From: Oikopleura dioica
Lineage: Eukaryota > Animalia > Chordata
Assembly (NCBI GenBank): GCA_907165135.1
Contig: OU015568.1
Coordinates: 4,092,001 to 4,156,000 of the forward strand
Direction of reading: 5' to 3'
DNA length: 64,000 bases
Below are positions 23,443 to 35,252 of this stretch, in pieces. The notes below the pieces were generated by a model. It ran no database searches. It was not told where the DNA came from and saw only the letters and a list, made by a program, of their open reading frames with translations. The translations under genes were made by a program, and so were the position numbers. Within the stretch, counting starts at the first letter, position 1, and every line of letters starts with the position of its first letter.

Positions 23443-24951
23443 TCAAACAGTTGGGAACGAATAAATTCCATTAAATAGCACATAATCGAGTTCATAAATT
23501 TCCTTTAGCTTTTGAATTTGATCCTCACGAAGTTCGGCCAAAAACTCGCTGTCGCTTTTTGACTTGCTCGTGAAATGACTATTTGAAAGGCCGCTTTTTT
23601 CGAACTTTATTTCTTCCAAATCGAGGGATTCTAGCACTGGGTCCAGATCCTCGGGGAATTTTTCAACTAAAAATTGTGAATTTTTGTTTTGAAAAGGGTT
23701 GGTTTTCACCTTGAGCTATTGCTCCAAATTTATTTTGGCAAAAAGGAACAGTATCCGTTTGCGGACACCAGTGACCATCACAATCGCCAGGTCTGAGCTC
23801 GAAAAAGCTCGGTAGTTTTCCCAACTTCCAATCAATCACGAAATCCACGAATTCGCCAAAGGTCGGAATCAGTCCTTGTGTTTTTGCTGTTCGTTCATTT
23901 GGCGTCACGGGTCTGTGCGTCCGATAATGGCGCGTGATGTGCCTACTGTATATATTCCAGAAGTACTGGCGACTTTGGTCGCTTAGTTTTGTCCTTCCTT
24001 ATTTAGAGCTCTGAGAATATTTTGATAACGGTCATGATTTCGGGCGGATTCCGTTGAAAAAGGGAACGCTTTTCTTATACATTTGATAGATTCTAGAGCT
24101 CTTTCCTATTTTATCTTTGTAAGCCGAGATAAGCCGATTAATCGGGTCTCTTATCCCGGTATACATGAGCAACTCACTCTTATCACCCTCGAATTCATCC
24201 ACTTTTTTGAGTCCATGTTTCGCAAATTGCACCGGCCAGATTGTATCCGGGTCTGTTTTCGAGATTTCGGGAAACTTCGAGGGCACGATGAAGCCAGAAT
24301 CGGCCATTTCGATCAGTCGGAGACTCGTGGAGCCACATTTTGGCGGTAGGGCGAAGGCGATGTTGTTTTTTGGATTGTACCAAGAAGTTTTGTAGAGCCG
24401 CTGTTCGGAGTATTGAGGGTTTTGTTGAAGCTCTGCAACATGATTTAGGTGATATACCGCGGCTTCAAAAGGAAGAAAAGCGTAAAGCCGCTCGCGGCTT
24501 CTAATAGAGAAAAATACCGCGTCGGGCGCGGCTATAATGCTGGCTACTCTAAGCCGCAAGGGTAAGGGTTAACGTGACTTACTTTTGCAATTTTCTGTTA
24601 TGATGTCGATAATATTTTGAGAAATAATCTCGGGAGTTGAAGTCGTTGATGTTTGCTTTTCAGTACTAGTTTCCTTCAGGATTTCTTCAGGATTTGGGGA
24701 ATTTTCTAGTGTATTTCCTCTCGATACGGAGCTCACATTTATTTCTGTTTTTGACAGGCCGCGTTCTATCAAATGAACGGAGGTTGAATGAGCAGCGCCA
24801 GTTAAAACTTGAACGTAGACTGTTATCGTTTTTTTATTAATTCAATACTGCTTGTAATTCAAAATTTATGAAATTAAAACGTCCCTAATGTTCCTCCAAA
24901 AACGACGCCAAAGCTAAAAGCCAATGCCACCTTCATATCTTCTTTTTTCAT
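23443..24951 (-). CDS. Carbohydrate sulfotransferase (Sulfotransfer_2; CHST8-14/HNK-1ST type), type II Golgi protein
   Basis: TM anchor MKKEDMKVALAFSFGVVFGGTL|VYV; 5'-PSB PKCGSTS; 3'-PB IRDPINRLISAYKDK; PTFGEFVDF...DGHWCPQ; C-terminal IYELDYVLF. Intron 1 (24820-24884) is best modelled as GG-AG. Confidence 0.9.
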
Positions 24952-25212
24952 TTTCGTGGTTCCTCTAAAAATTTTATTGCACTGAAAGTTTCTCCTCCTA
25001 ATTCATAGCCTAACAGTGGGTTTTTACGAGCTCTTGAATTCTCCCCACCTTGCCCAAGGCAGAGGCAGGAGGGGTTGTTGTGCTTTTTAATCTCTAGGGC
25101 TCAAGTTTAGCAAGGATAGTTAATATCTTTGTCTTATTGCCGAGAATTTTCCTTTGTTATCATATATTAGTAGATTTTGGTGGATGATTTTTAAAAAACT
25201 TCGAATTTTAGA

Positions 25213-27958
25213 ATGGCATCATCGGGTCTGAATGATTATGTGAACGAAGTCTGCAAAGCTCTCGATTATCGGGAGGGTATAAAGGTTTGCAAAAATGATG
25301 CTTTGGAATTTTTATTTCATTTACTTAAAATTGGACAAGAGTTTCTTGCGAACGTTTTCGGCTTACCTCTTGGAGTTTTTTGGAGAACTGAAGCTTAAAC
25401 TTTAACCAGAAAACGTCATCCCTGGATCTAGAAAATTACCCAACCCTTAAATAAAAACAATCATTTTTGAGGCCCCTTCGTAGGAAAATTACTTATTAAC
25501 TATAATTATCAATTATCGATATCGACTTGAAGGTTGGACCATGAATTTTCGTATATCTTCAATAACTTTAGCTAAGACTTCCCTCCCAATAGAGTCTCTG
25601 GCCAAAAATGTTTATGAGTAGTATAGTTTTAGGTCTTTGTTTATCTTGACCATCAATCAAAGGATGACATTGTTGACAGTAGAACTCGATACTATACTTT
25701 AGTAGAAGGAACTTTTGGCACATGTCACGTCCCATAGATTCAGTTCGACTTCGATTATCGAAGTATCGAGTTTTTTTATTAAAAAAGTCACTATTAACCG
25801 TCTTTATTCAGGCGTCAGAGTTGCTTAGTTTCTCGCACTCGCATATCGCCAATGCTCGACTACGAGTCGAAGCTCCAGAAGCAATTTGCTCAAGAATTCT
25901 CGCTCAACCGTTCGACGAAATGGTCGCTGCTCATATCAAGACTATTTGGTCCTCTTCAAAGGTAAAAACAAGAGCGCTCCTTCTCTGATTATGAAGGAGG
26001 CTTGGGGCGATCAGAGTTTGTTTTTCAGGTGCTTATCTTGAATTTAAAATTTCCTTGAGAAAACTGCTCTAATTTTAAGCTGTTTTAAAGTCATTTCTGG
26101 TTGATTTTGGTCTTCAAATGTCTGAAAATGGCTTTACTCAATTCTTAATTGAATTTATTAAGAAGCGTTATATTTTATTGATAAATTTTTAAGGGAAATC
26201 ACGATGAAGCCTGGCAATACCAAAACATCACCGTTCAAGCCTTCATAAAAGGCTTCCAAGCGATGAAAGAAGAAAATTGGGCTTTACCTCTTATGCAGAC
26301 GCTTATTCTCGACCTCAGAAATTTCGCCCGACGTGGGGACAAACGAGCGATAGGGGGTAACTCTAGCTTCGCCCATTCAAGCGTTACTAACATCATTAAT
26401 TAAGGAAAGCCGGGCGAGCGCCAGGAAAAGGCCGCGGAAACAATTATGAGTGCATTCAGGTAGAATTTTCTATCTTATTTCATACCCTTACCGTTTTTTT
26501 TCTTTTGGTCTTCTCTTCAATTTGAATCTTAAAAATATCAGCTCGTTAAGGACATTTGACTTAAATAAATTTAAATCCCAGCGGTTATAAAGTTTCAGAC
26601 GTAAAGATAAGATTAACTTTTGTTAGAAAAGATTCGCGGTTTCATGAATGAACACTTTCTTTACTTTTCTCCCATTTTTATATTGATTAAATTTGCTCAT
26701 GAAGATTGAATTCTTCGTCTATTTGCCCCGATTCTCAGTCAAAGTACCTTCAGTCCGTAGCTTCCGGACACGTTTGTTGAATTTGTTACCCTTCTTCCGA
26801 ATCTCTTGCGATTTCTAAGGGAAATGGCTTGGGAAAGAGTGAACATGTCAATTATATGCTAAATAAATATTTTCAATAGACATTTCAAAATAATTTTTTG
26901 TAAGGGCTTGCACCAGCGACACGCGAACGCGATTAGACGATTCCAAGCGATGGGGAATGCTTTTCGTAGTGAACCAGCTATTCAAGACTTATTTCGCTGT
27001 CGGAAAACTCCATCTTTTGAAGCCGTTGATTCGAGCAATTGATGCATGCGATATTCGGGATGAATTCTCACTCTCTCAGGTAATATTGAGATAGAAGATT
27101 TTCGATAAAAAGCGAATTCTAGCGCGTCACCTATCAATACTACGTCGGTCGAAAAGCGCTACTGGACTCAAACTTCTCCCTCGCCGACGAATACCTTTCC
27201 TTCGCGTACCGAAACTGCCACCCGAGCTCCTTCAGAAATCGAAAGCTCATTCTCGTAAATCTGATCGCTGTGAAAATGTTGATGGGACAGGTGCCCAAGC
27301 AAGAGCTTTTGCTCCAAAACGGATTGAGAGAGTACCGAGCGGTAGTTCACGCGATGAAGACTGGAAACATTGGATTGATGGATGATGCTCTTGCTAAGGT
27401 ATATTACGGCTTGTTGGCTCAGAAACCTGTTTAAAAACCTGAGACAGGGTCCCAAAAAGGCTATTTTAAGCTCTTTCAGAACCCTGAGTCAGGTTTATAC
27501 ATAGGTTATCGAGTCCAGAACGCCCCATTTAGAATTCGAGCTATGATTCCATTTCTAGCACGAGTATTTCTTCGTCAGATCAGGAATCTACTTGATTATT
27601 GAAAAACTCAAGCTGGTTGTGATCAGACAACTGTTCAAGAAGGTGATGAAAATGGCTGGACATCATCAAATTCAACTACAGGTAATCCTTCTTCCTGTTT
27701 CGAAAAGAAGCTGATATTTCTGTCAGATCTTTTTGGACGCAATCAACTTCGCAGGAATGCCAGAATGCGACATGGAAGAGCTAGAATGTCTTATGGCCGG
27801 TCTTATCAGGTAAAAAGTCGTTTTTCCACTCGCCAATCATCAAATCTCTCAGCCACAACTTGATCCGAGGATACATTTCGCACCAGTACAAAAAGGTCGT
27901 CTTCTCCCGAAAAGAACCCTTCCCTGTCATCAAGAAATCGCCGCTGACCTTCCTCTAG
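25213..27958 (+). CDS. PCID2: PCI domain-containing protein 2 (TREX-2 subunit)
   Basis: Spliced motifs [31 protein letters not shown]|ACTSDTR...[49 protein letters not shown] and [19 protein letters not shown]. Confidence 0.95.
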
Positions 27959-28335
27959 AATTTTTATAAGAAAATTCTACTTTTCAAATCGTTCCATTTT
28001 CATCTTCATTTGACTCGAAGTTCACGAACTTTAGGAACTTTACTTTTCATTCTTTCCAGAACAACATTAGGAAAATTGACTGTTTGAATACTGCCTTCAA
28101 TAAAAATTGAAAATAATGAACTCGTGAATATTCACCATGTGTTTCTGTTTAAATTTATTTTCTGAAAAAGCCGCGCTTCTTTTTTATTAATTCCGAGCCG
28201 CAAGTGGCTTCTCGATTTGTGCAGAAGAATTATCTTCAATCTGCCACGAAAAAAACCGTTAGGTTATCTTTTTTTCAATCGTGCTTTGGACCGTCCATTT
28301 CGTCATTTTTTTAAGTGAGAGAAATTTTTTGCAGA

Positions 28336-30346
28336 ATGAGTTTTCCTGTTGCCAAATTAGAGGATGCGCGCGTTGACCAGTTCAGCTGGTATTTCGAGGA
28401 TGAAGAGCTAGAGTTCATTCGATCGCACAAAGCATCGTTTTTTGAGAAGAAGGAAGCTGAGAGATTTTCAAAGGTACTCTATTATAACTCTGCCTTTTGT
28501 GACTTTTTCCAAGTATCTCGATGGAATTACAGCTTCCACGTGGTGGCTGAGAAAGCGCGAGCTCGATCGAATCGAGGACAAAGAAAATACTCCTGTAAAG
28601 AATGGGTATTTCAACGCGATGGGCATGCCCGCCCCAGCCCCCTGGCAGAACGAAAAGCGAATAAAGATCGAAGTCCCTGAACATGAGCGAATCCCTCCAG
28701 CAGTCGGGAGGGGGCAATTCAAGAGAATTTCACAAGGAAACGGTCAAAAAATGCTCGAATTTGAGCGCCAAATATTAACATGTAATTATAGACATTGGTA
28801 AAACACGTATAGGTTTTTAAATGGTTACTCTTCATTCGCTCAAAAAATTTGCCACAATAGATCATATTTGTCCAGTTATGGTTTTTTGACCGACAATAAG
28901 AAATTATTGGGCTACCGAAGAAGTTGGACGAAAAAGTGTCAATCTGCGTTCTGACGAGAACAGAGACGAACGTCCCTTCAAATATCATTTGCTCCTACTT
29001 TGATCACAATTTGAAAAAGCGCGTTATCAGCTCAGTCCAGGTTTTCTTTCTTGGTTCCAACCTTTCCTAATCGTGGTCTTCAATCTTTAGGTCTTCAATT
29101 ACGGACACAATCACACTCTTGGTTTGGAGCTCCATGTTCCGAGCAAATTTTCAATCGATAGCGTACTCGAAGAGGCGTCACTGATGATCCAGGACGAGAA
29201 CCCATCGCTTGACAGGCAGTACACCGCGATTTACTCACCAGTCGTCAAGACCGCAAGTGCTAAACTGAATCTCGATTGGACGATTTCACAAAATCATCAG
29301 GGCCCAGAACGCGACCCGGATATTTTATCTGGTAAGCAGTTTCTATCAAAATGAAGCGCGAATGTTACATTCAGGGCCTGACTTCGGCGATGAAAAATCA
29401 TTCCAAGCATCGATAAAGATTCGACCAGAGTTGGGGCTCGATTTCCCCGACGAGTTCAAAGATTTAAGGGCGGACATTGACCAGCTTAAAATTTTCCTCG
29501 AAGCTATGAGCACAGAAATTCTTCCCCAATCGTCGAAATTGTCCGATGATTTGAATTCGATCATCCGTGGATCTTGTAAGATCATGTTTTTCGCTTCAGG
29601 AATGATAGGATAACTTAAGCTAATGTGGAAATAAGCGACTTGGTTTGGAGTTCTTGCAAGTATTCAAGCCTTCAAGAGATCACGAAGAATCTCACTACTT
29701 TAATTACTTTCGCCACGCAAGGGGATGCAACGAACATATCCGTCTTCTCCGACAATGATGTAAGCTCATTCTTTTTGTCAAAATTGATCAAGGAATTCTA
29801 GTCCGACTTTGCGATGAAATTCATCAAGGCCCGAAAGCGAGGCATCCCCTCGAAAATCCATGAAAGTTCTGCATTGGAAATGATCTTCGAATGTGGCGAA
29901 CAAGCGATCTCTAGAAAACTTGATGAATGCATATCTTCTCGCGCTGGATTGGCTCAGCTTCTTGGCTCACCTAACGGAAGCCAACGGGTTCAAGAGCAGT
30001 TGCAGGAGCTTGTTAGACGACTGGAATCGATTTGCTTGCATCATGGACTGCAGGTATGTTTGAGATAAAGAAAAAAAAATAGAAGAACGGGATATTTAAG
30101 ACTCTTGCTCTCCCTGAAGCCACAATTCGCAGCTTCATCTCCGACTGGGTCGCTCAAGGAGGCGGAGAAGTTACCCAAACAGTTTCCGGCTTTTCTGCTT
30201 ACAAAATCGTCAAAGAGCATCGCCCAACCAGCTGGTCGATGAAGATGGATCAATACATGATCGACATCATCTGCAAAGAAGATCACGTTGACCAGAAGTC
30301 AGAATTCTTCGTATACGAGAAGACTACAAACTTTGCAGACATTTAA
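28336..30346 (+). CDS. Multi-exon protein, tentatively Zwilch-like (RZZ kinetochore)
   Basis: Many short-intron exons. The C-half (DLVWSSCKYSSLQE..., ALEMIFECG, VQEQLQELVRRL, RPTSWSMKM) aligns loosely by eye with the recalled Zwilch C-terminal pattern. The identity is inference only. Confidence 0.45.
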
Positions 30347-30526
30347 TTTTTTAAAAACTTCACTCATTCTTACGAAAGTTCACTTATCACAATTTCCTCA
30401 CTTTTACTTTTCACATTCCCGGGAAATAAAAAATCAACTGCCAAATCATATCATCCTCATCATATTTTGTGATATTTCTATCATATTGAACGATTTTCAA
30501 GCTATAGGAATCGGTAATCGAAGAGA

Positions 30527-32282
30527 ATGTCGCAAAATTACATGATGGAGCCGGCGACAAACGGCAAGGTCGTCCTAAGGACTTCTGCCGGCGACATCGA
30601 CATCGAGCTGTGGTCGAAAGAAACTCCACTTGCGTGCAGGAATTTTGTGCAGTTGTGCATGGAGAACTACTACGACGCGACGATTTTTCACAGACTTGTT
30701 CCAGGCTTCATAATTCAAGGCGGGGATCCTTCTGGAACTGGAATGGGAGGAGAAAGTATCTACGGAAAGCCCTTCAAAGATGAAATTCATTCTCGAGTAA
30801 CCCTAACCCTGCTGGTTCCTCAATTTGACGCTTATTTATTCTAGCTCCGTTTCGTCCGAAGAGGTCTTGTAGCCATGGCGAACGGTGGAAAAGATGACAA
30901 CGGTTCTCAATTCTTCATCACTCTTGGGCCAACAAACGACTTGAACAAAAAACACACGATCTTTGGCAAAATCACCGGCGACACGGTCTATAATCTGGTG
31001 AAAATGGCCGAAGGCGAGTGCGATCATAACGAGAAACCAATAAACCCGCATTATATTAAAACAACGCATGTTCTGAACAATCCTTTTGATGATATTGTGC
31101 CAAGGAATTTAGGTAAGAGAATGACAGATGTCTAGAGATGTTTCTGGACATAATTTGGTCGATAAAGTCTCTTACTTCGCATTTTAGAAGAGCAAAAAGA
31201 AAAGAAAATCCAAGAAGAAATCTCCAAAAAGCCCAAGAAAAAGAAATCGAAAGCAAAAGCTCACAAAAAGCTCACAGTTCTGAGCTTCGGCGACGAAGCA
31301 GCTGAAGCTGAAGAACTAGCAGAACAGGTGAATAAGGAGATCAAAGCTAAATCGGCCCACGATGTCGTTAAAGAAGACACATCGATGGTGAAGGAAGAGT
31401 TTAAACCTGAAGAAAAAACGGAAGAGGATGAAAAATGGATTTCGAAAAGAGTCGATGGAGAAGTCGACTTGGAAGATGTCGATGATCTTGCTAGTTGGAT
31501 GAGGACGAAGATGCAAGAAAGGTAGGAATAGTTTAAAAGATGCTGAAGTAAAATGGCTTTTTTAGAAACGAGCAGATAGAAAGAGAAGACAAAGAAAAAA
31601 TCGAGGCTGATATGAATGAGAGAAAAAGAAAAGTCATGTCCTATCAAGGAATGTTGAAAAACCTGTTTGAGAAAATTTTTATAGTTTCATTTTTTTCGGG
31701 AAATTTGCTTTTGATCATCAATCAGAGACTTTCAGATACTTCACAAAAGATATTTTCAACATGAAAAGATCAGCAAAAGATTCTGATGAAGGAACTTAAC
31801 GAGCTAAGAAAAAAAGAAATAACGCGGACAGAAGAAGTCGCCGCGAAAAAGTCGAAAAAAGAAAAACGACTCGACGAGAATTCGCTTTTCGGCGAGTTCA
31901 AGGCTGAGCAAGAACTGTACAAGGAGAAAACGGCTGGGAATAAGTTTACAAAGGCGGATTATAACTCTGGAAAAGTCGTTAGGAAGAATAGAGAGGCGGA
32001 TACGATGGCGATGCTGAAGGGATTTAGGAGCACTCTGTTCGAAGCAAAAGGCATTGAAGGTGAGAATGAATAGCATTTGACACTTTCTAGAACATTTTTT
32101 CAGTTCCAAAAGCACGCGATTGGTTAACACACACCCTCCAACGAGAAACAACAATGAGGGACGACAAGCTAAACATCCAAGATCTCGAGGCAAAAGACAT
32201 GAACCGCCCTATCGATGAGAACCGCTACGACATTTCAGATCCGCGAAATCCACTCAACATGAGAAGAAGAGGAGCAAAATAG
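30527..32282 (+). CDS. CWC27: Spliceosome-associated cyclophilin CWC27
   Basis: MSQNYMMEPATNGKVVLRTSAGDIDIELWSKETP...FHRLVPGFIIQGGDP...DNGSQFFITL...NPFDDIVPR, a charged tail, and the terminal YDISDPRNPLNMRRR motif. Confidence 0.95.
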
Positions 32283-32400
32283 CTAATTTCCTCCATCATC
32301 TTTTGTAATTTCTAGTTCAAATTAAATTTTCAACTGCCAATTTAATCAACGTCTTCATTTTGCTGGTTTATAGATTTTGATTGGCCCCCTCCAACCCGGA

Positions 32401-33823
32401 ATGGCTACTCGAGAGAACGAAAGACCCGCGAAAAAGAAAGATTCGATGAAATATCCGGTGATGCAGAAGATTGACAACCTCATTCCGAATCCGACCAAAC
32501 CGGAGAACAGTTACAACATTCGTATATCCAACAAAATCAACGGTGGCTCTTTTGGTAGTATTCATAAAGTTAAGGTTAGTTCGAATTGATCAGATTCTTA
32601 TATTATAGAGAAAATTCATACTTTTCCATTTTTAAAAACTATTATGGCCTCTTGCTCATTATTTTTTTCAGGCCATTGTCGAAGGAAAAAAGGTCGATGT
32701 AATGGTGAAAATCGAGGCTTCTGATCACCCCAATCCGCAGCTCCAGCAAGAGCACATTGTCTATTCTGTTCTGAGAGGGACGCTCGGATTCGGCTCGATT
32801 GTTGAAGGTCTTGGAACTCACCTTTCGAGGGATATTTGTTTGGAAACAGCCGATGGAGAGAAAGCCGAATTCAACATGTTGTTTCTAACGCGTCTCGGGA
32901 TCGACCTGGCGACGATTCACAAGAGGATGAAGCTCATTAAGAATCCACCTGACGGGCTGCACAGAATGAACAAACATACTGTTCTCAACGCTGCATCTCA
33001 AATGTTCGATGTCATTCAATGTAAGTCAGAGATCGTCTCCGATCGATGTTCATTCAGTCAATTCTAGTGCTGCACAACGCCCATTTCATCCACAGAGACA
33101 TAAAGCTTTCTAACTTCATGATGGGCATCGGAATCGACAGGCACAACGTCCATCTAATTGACTTCGGCTTGTCAAAGCAATACAAGGACCTTTCTGGGAA
33201 CCATATGGAAACGGGCAAGAGAAACTTGCACATTGGTACAACGGTTAGTACGACGGTTATTCATGATTTGCAATTAAATACAACGATCATTTTAGGCATT
33301 CCAGTCTGCGTTTGTCCTCGCTCGCCATATCCCAACCCGTCGGGACGATTTGATCTCGACCATGTATTGCATTCTCCAACTGATCCTGGGCGCTCTTCCA
33401 TGGGACATCGAATGGAAAGCGAAAAAGGAGAGCCTTCTCAAAAACAGCTCCTCTCCCCGTGATAAGATCTACGATGACTTCTGCTTCAAGATGAAGCGAT
33501 TGCCGGGCAAAGATCTGTTCACGCGCTTTGGGATCTACGATGACTACAAGGAGTTTTCCGAGATCTACGAGTACTTCCAGTCGCTTGCGCCAGCGGAGGA
33601 TCCGAACTGGGATTTCATCGACGTATGTTTTATTCAAAAAGTTTATCAGCTCTAAACGATGGCCCTTTAGGGAAAAGTCAGCGATTGCGGAAGGCGCCAC
33701 TGGGGCTGGTTCGACTGGTTTGAGTGGCTAGAAGAAGGCAATCGAACTCCCGAGAATCCAAAGCACAATTACTACGAGGATCTCATCGACGAGTTCAACA
33801 AAAACTACGGCAGAGCGTCTTAA
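32401..33823 (+). CDS. Casein kinase 1-family Ser/Thr kinase (divergent)
   Basis: GGSFGSIH, MVKIE, HRDIKLSNF, LIDFGLSKQY, GTT|AFQS...TRRDDLIS and LPW motifs across GT-AG introns. Confidence 0.85.
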
Positions 33824-34224
33824 ATTTCCGAATTTTCTTTCACCGCCTTATTCAATTTTCACTCATAGATTCCACACGCCCATTAAGCTCTCATATCTCT
33901 GCCTCACTATCATTTTTAATAATAAAAAAAGACATATTTAAATTATTCGGAAGCTCTTGATCAAAAAAAAGAGAAGCCTTGTCTTGTTTTTTCTGGTTTT
34001 TTCTGGCTTGCTGATATTTCGCTTTTTGTATATTTTTCATCTTCATTTGGCTCGATTCAAAATTAGATTCCCGTGCGTATATCTAATGTTAATCGTTCGA
34101 AGATGCGGTATAAATTGCCTGGTATATTGGGCAAAATGCAATTAAGCTAAGTCAGTATCTTTAGTCGCAAAAAAAGAGTAACGGAGGCACTTTAATTTAT
34201 TACTCGCAAGTTAGAGAAAAAAAA

Positions 34225-34977
34225 TGAGCAACGACTCCATTGAAAAAGTGGGCACAGTAGGTCCAAGATTCAAGGGCTGCAATATGGGACAGCTTGATAA
34301 AGAACTGGAAGGGCAGTATGCATCTTTGTTGGAGTCGTTTGATCAGATTTGCGATGATGGTTTTCAAATTGGTGGAAAATTGAAGACAGTAGTGTAAGTA
34401 AAGAGCAATAGCGTATTGCCAATAGGTTAATTCTTGAATGCACTCTAGAATGGTTGGTAAGAAGGTTAAAAATCGATGAAATTTGATGCATAAACCAGGC
34501 ATCGAAATTTTTTCTCCGATCTTATTTATCCTGCTTTCTTCCTAATCAAAGGACTTTGACAGAAGGTCAGATTGAAGTTCAGAACCTGTTTCTCCGATGG
34601 AGCATTTCATCCTCCTCCGAGCATGTGTGAAATCAACGAGCGAAGTGGGGTTGACCTTGGTTATTTGAAAATAACTGCTCATGTGCGTGTTTTGATTACT
34701 GGGTTCATGCTCTCAGTCGGTGAGTATTTGAAAATAACTTGACCCTGTCTACCCTGTTTTTAATCTAGGGATAGTACTGATCATCGTTGGGATCATTTTT
34801 CGAATAATGATAATGAAGAAGCGATCGCATCGAAATCGCAGACCTTCCATTCCTCCAACAAGAAGACGAAACTTCCAACAGGAGCCAGTGGTCATTTCAA
34901 GAGGAAAGCTCAAAAGATCGCAGAGCTTTCAATATCCGGAAGTTACCAGGAAAGGATCGCAAGCATCTTATAGTTAG
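34225..34977 (+). CDS. Single-pass membrane protein with a sushi/CCP-like domain (5' end uncertain)
   Basis: Spliced ICDDGFQIGG...RTCFSDGAFHPPPSMC, then TM VLITGFMLSV|GIVLIIVGIIF and a basic cytoplasmic tail. Confidence 0.55.
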
Positions 34978-35252
34978 GGAGGGATTCCTCCACCCATCTT
35001 GCATCCCAAAGTAGCTCTTCTATCATTTCAAGTCTTCCGAAGGAAATTTAATCATTTGTCTTTTATTTAACAGCTCGTAGTTTTGAAAACAGCCTGAAAG
35101 AAAATATGTGTTTGTTTGACAAGTTCGAATAAATTAATGAACAGCTCAGTGGTTTTACCCCCAGGCGCGCCAATTCAATTATTTACAGGTGATTCGACAG
35201 TTTATACAGCTACTATCAGGGGTTTTCAATTATTAATAATTCGAAGAATCTG

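Noticed and set aside
24435-24559. N-terminal part of ORF 24032..24559 as sulfotransferase coding sequence
   Set aside because: It lies between a gtaagt donor and a ttgcag acceptor in matching phase and contains the palindromic repeat family, so it is intronic.
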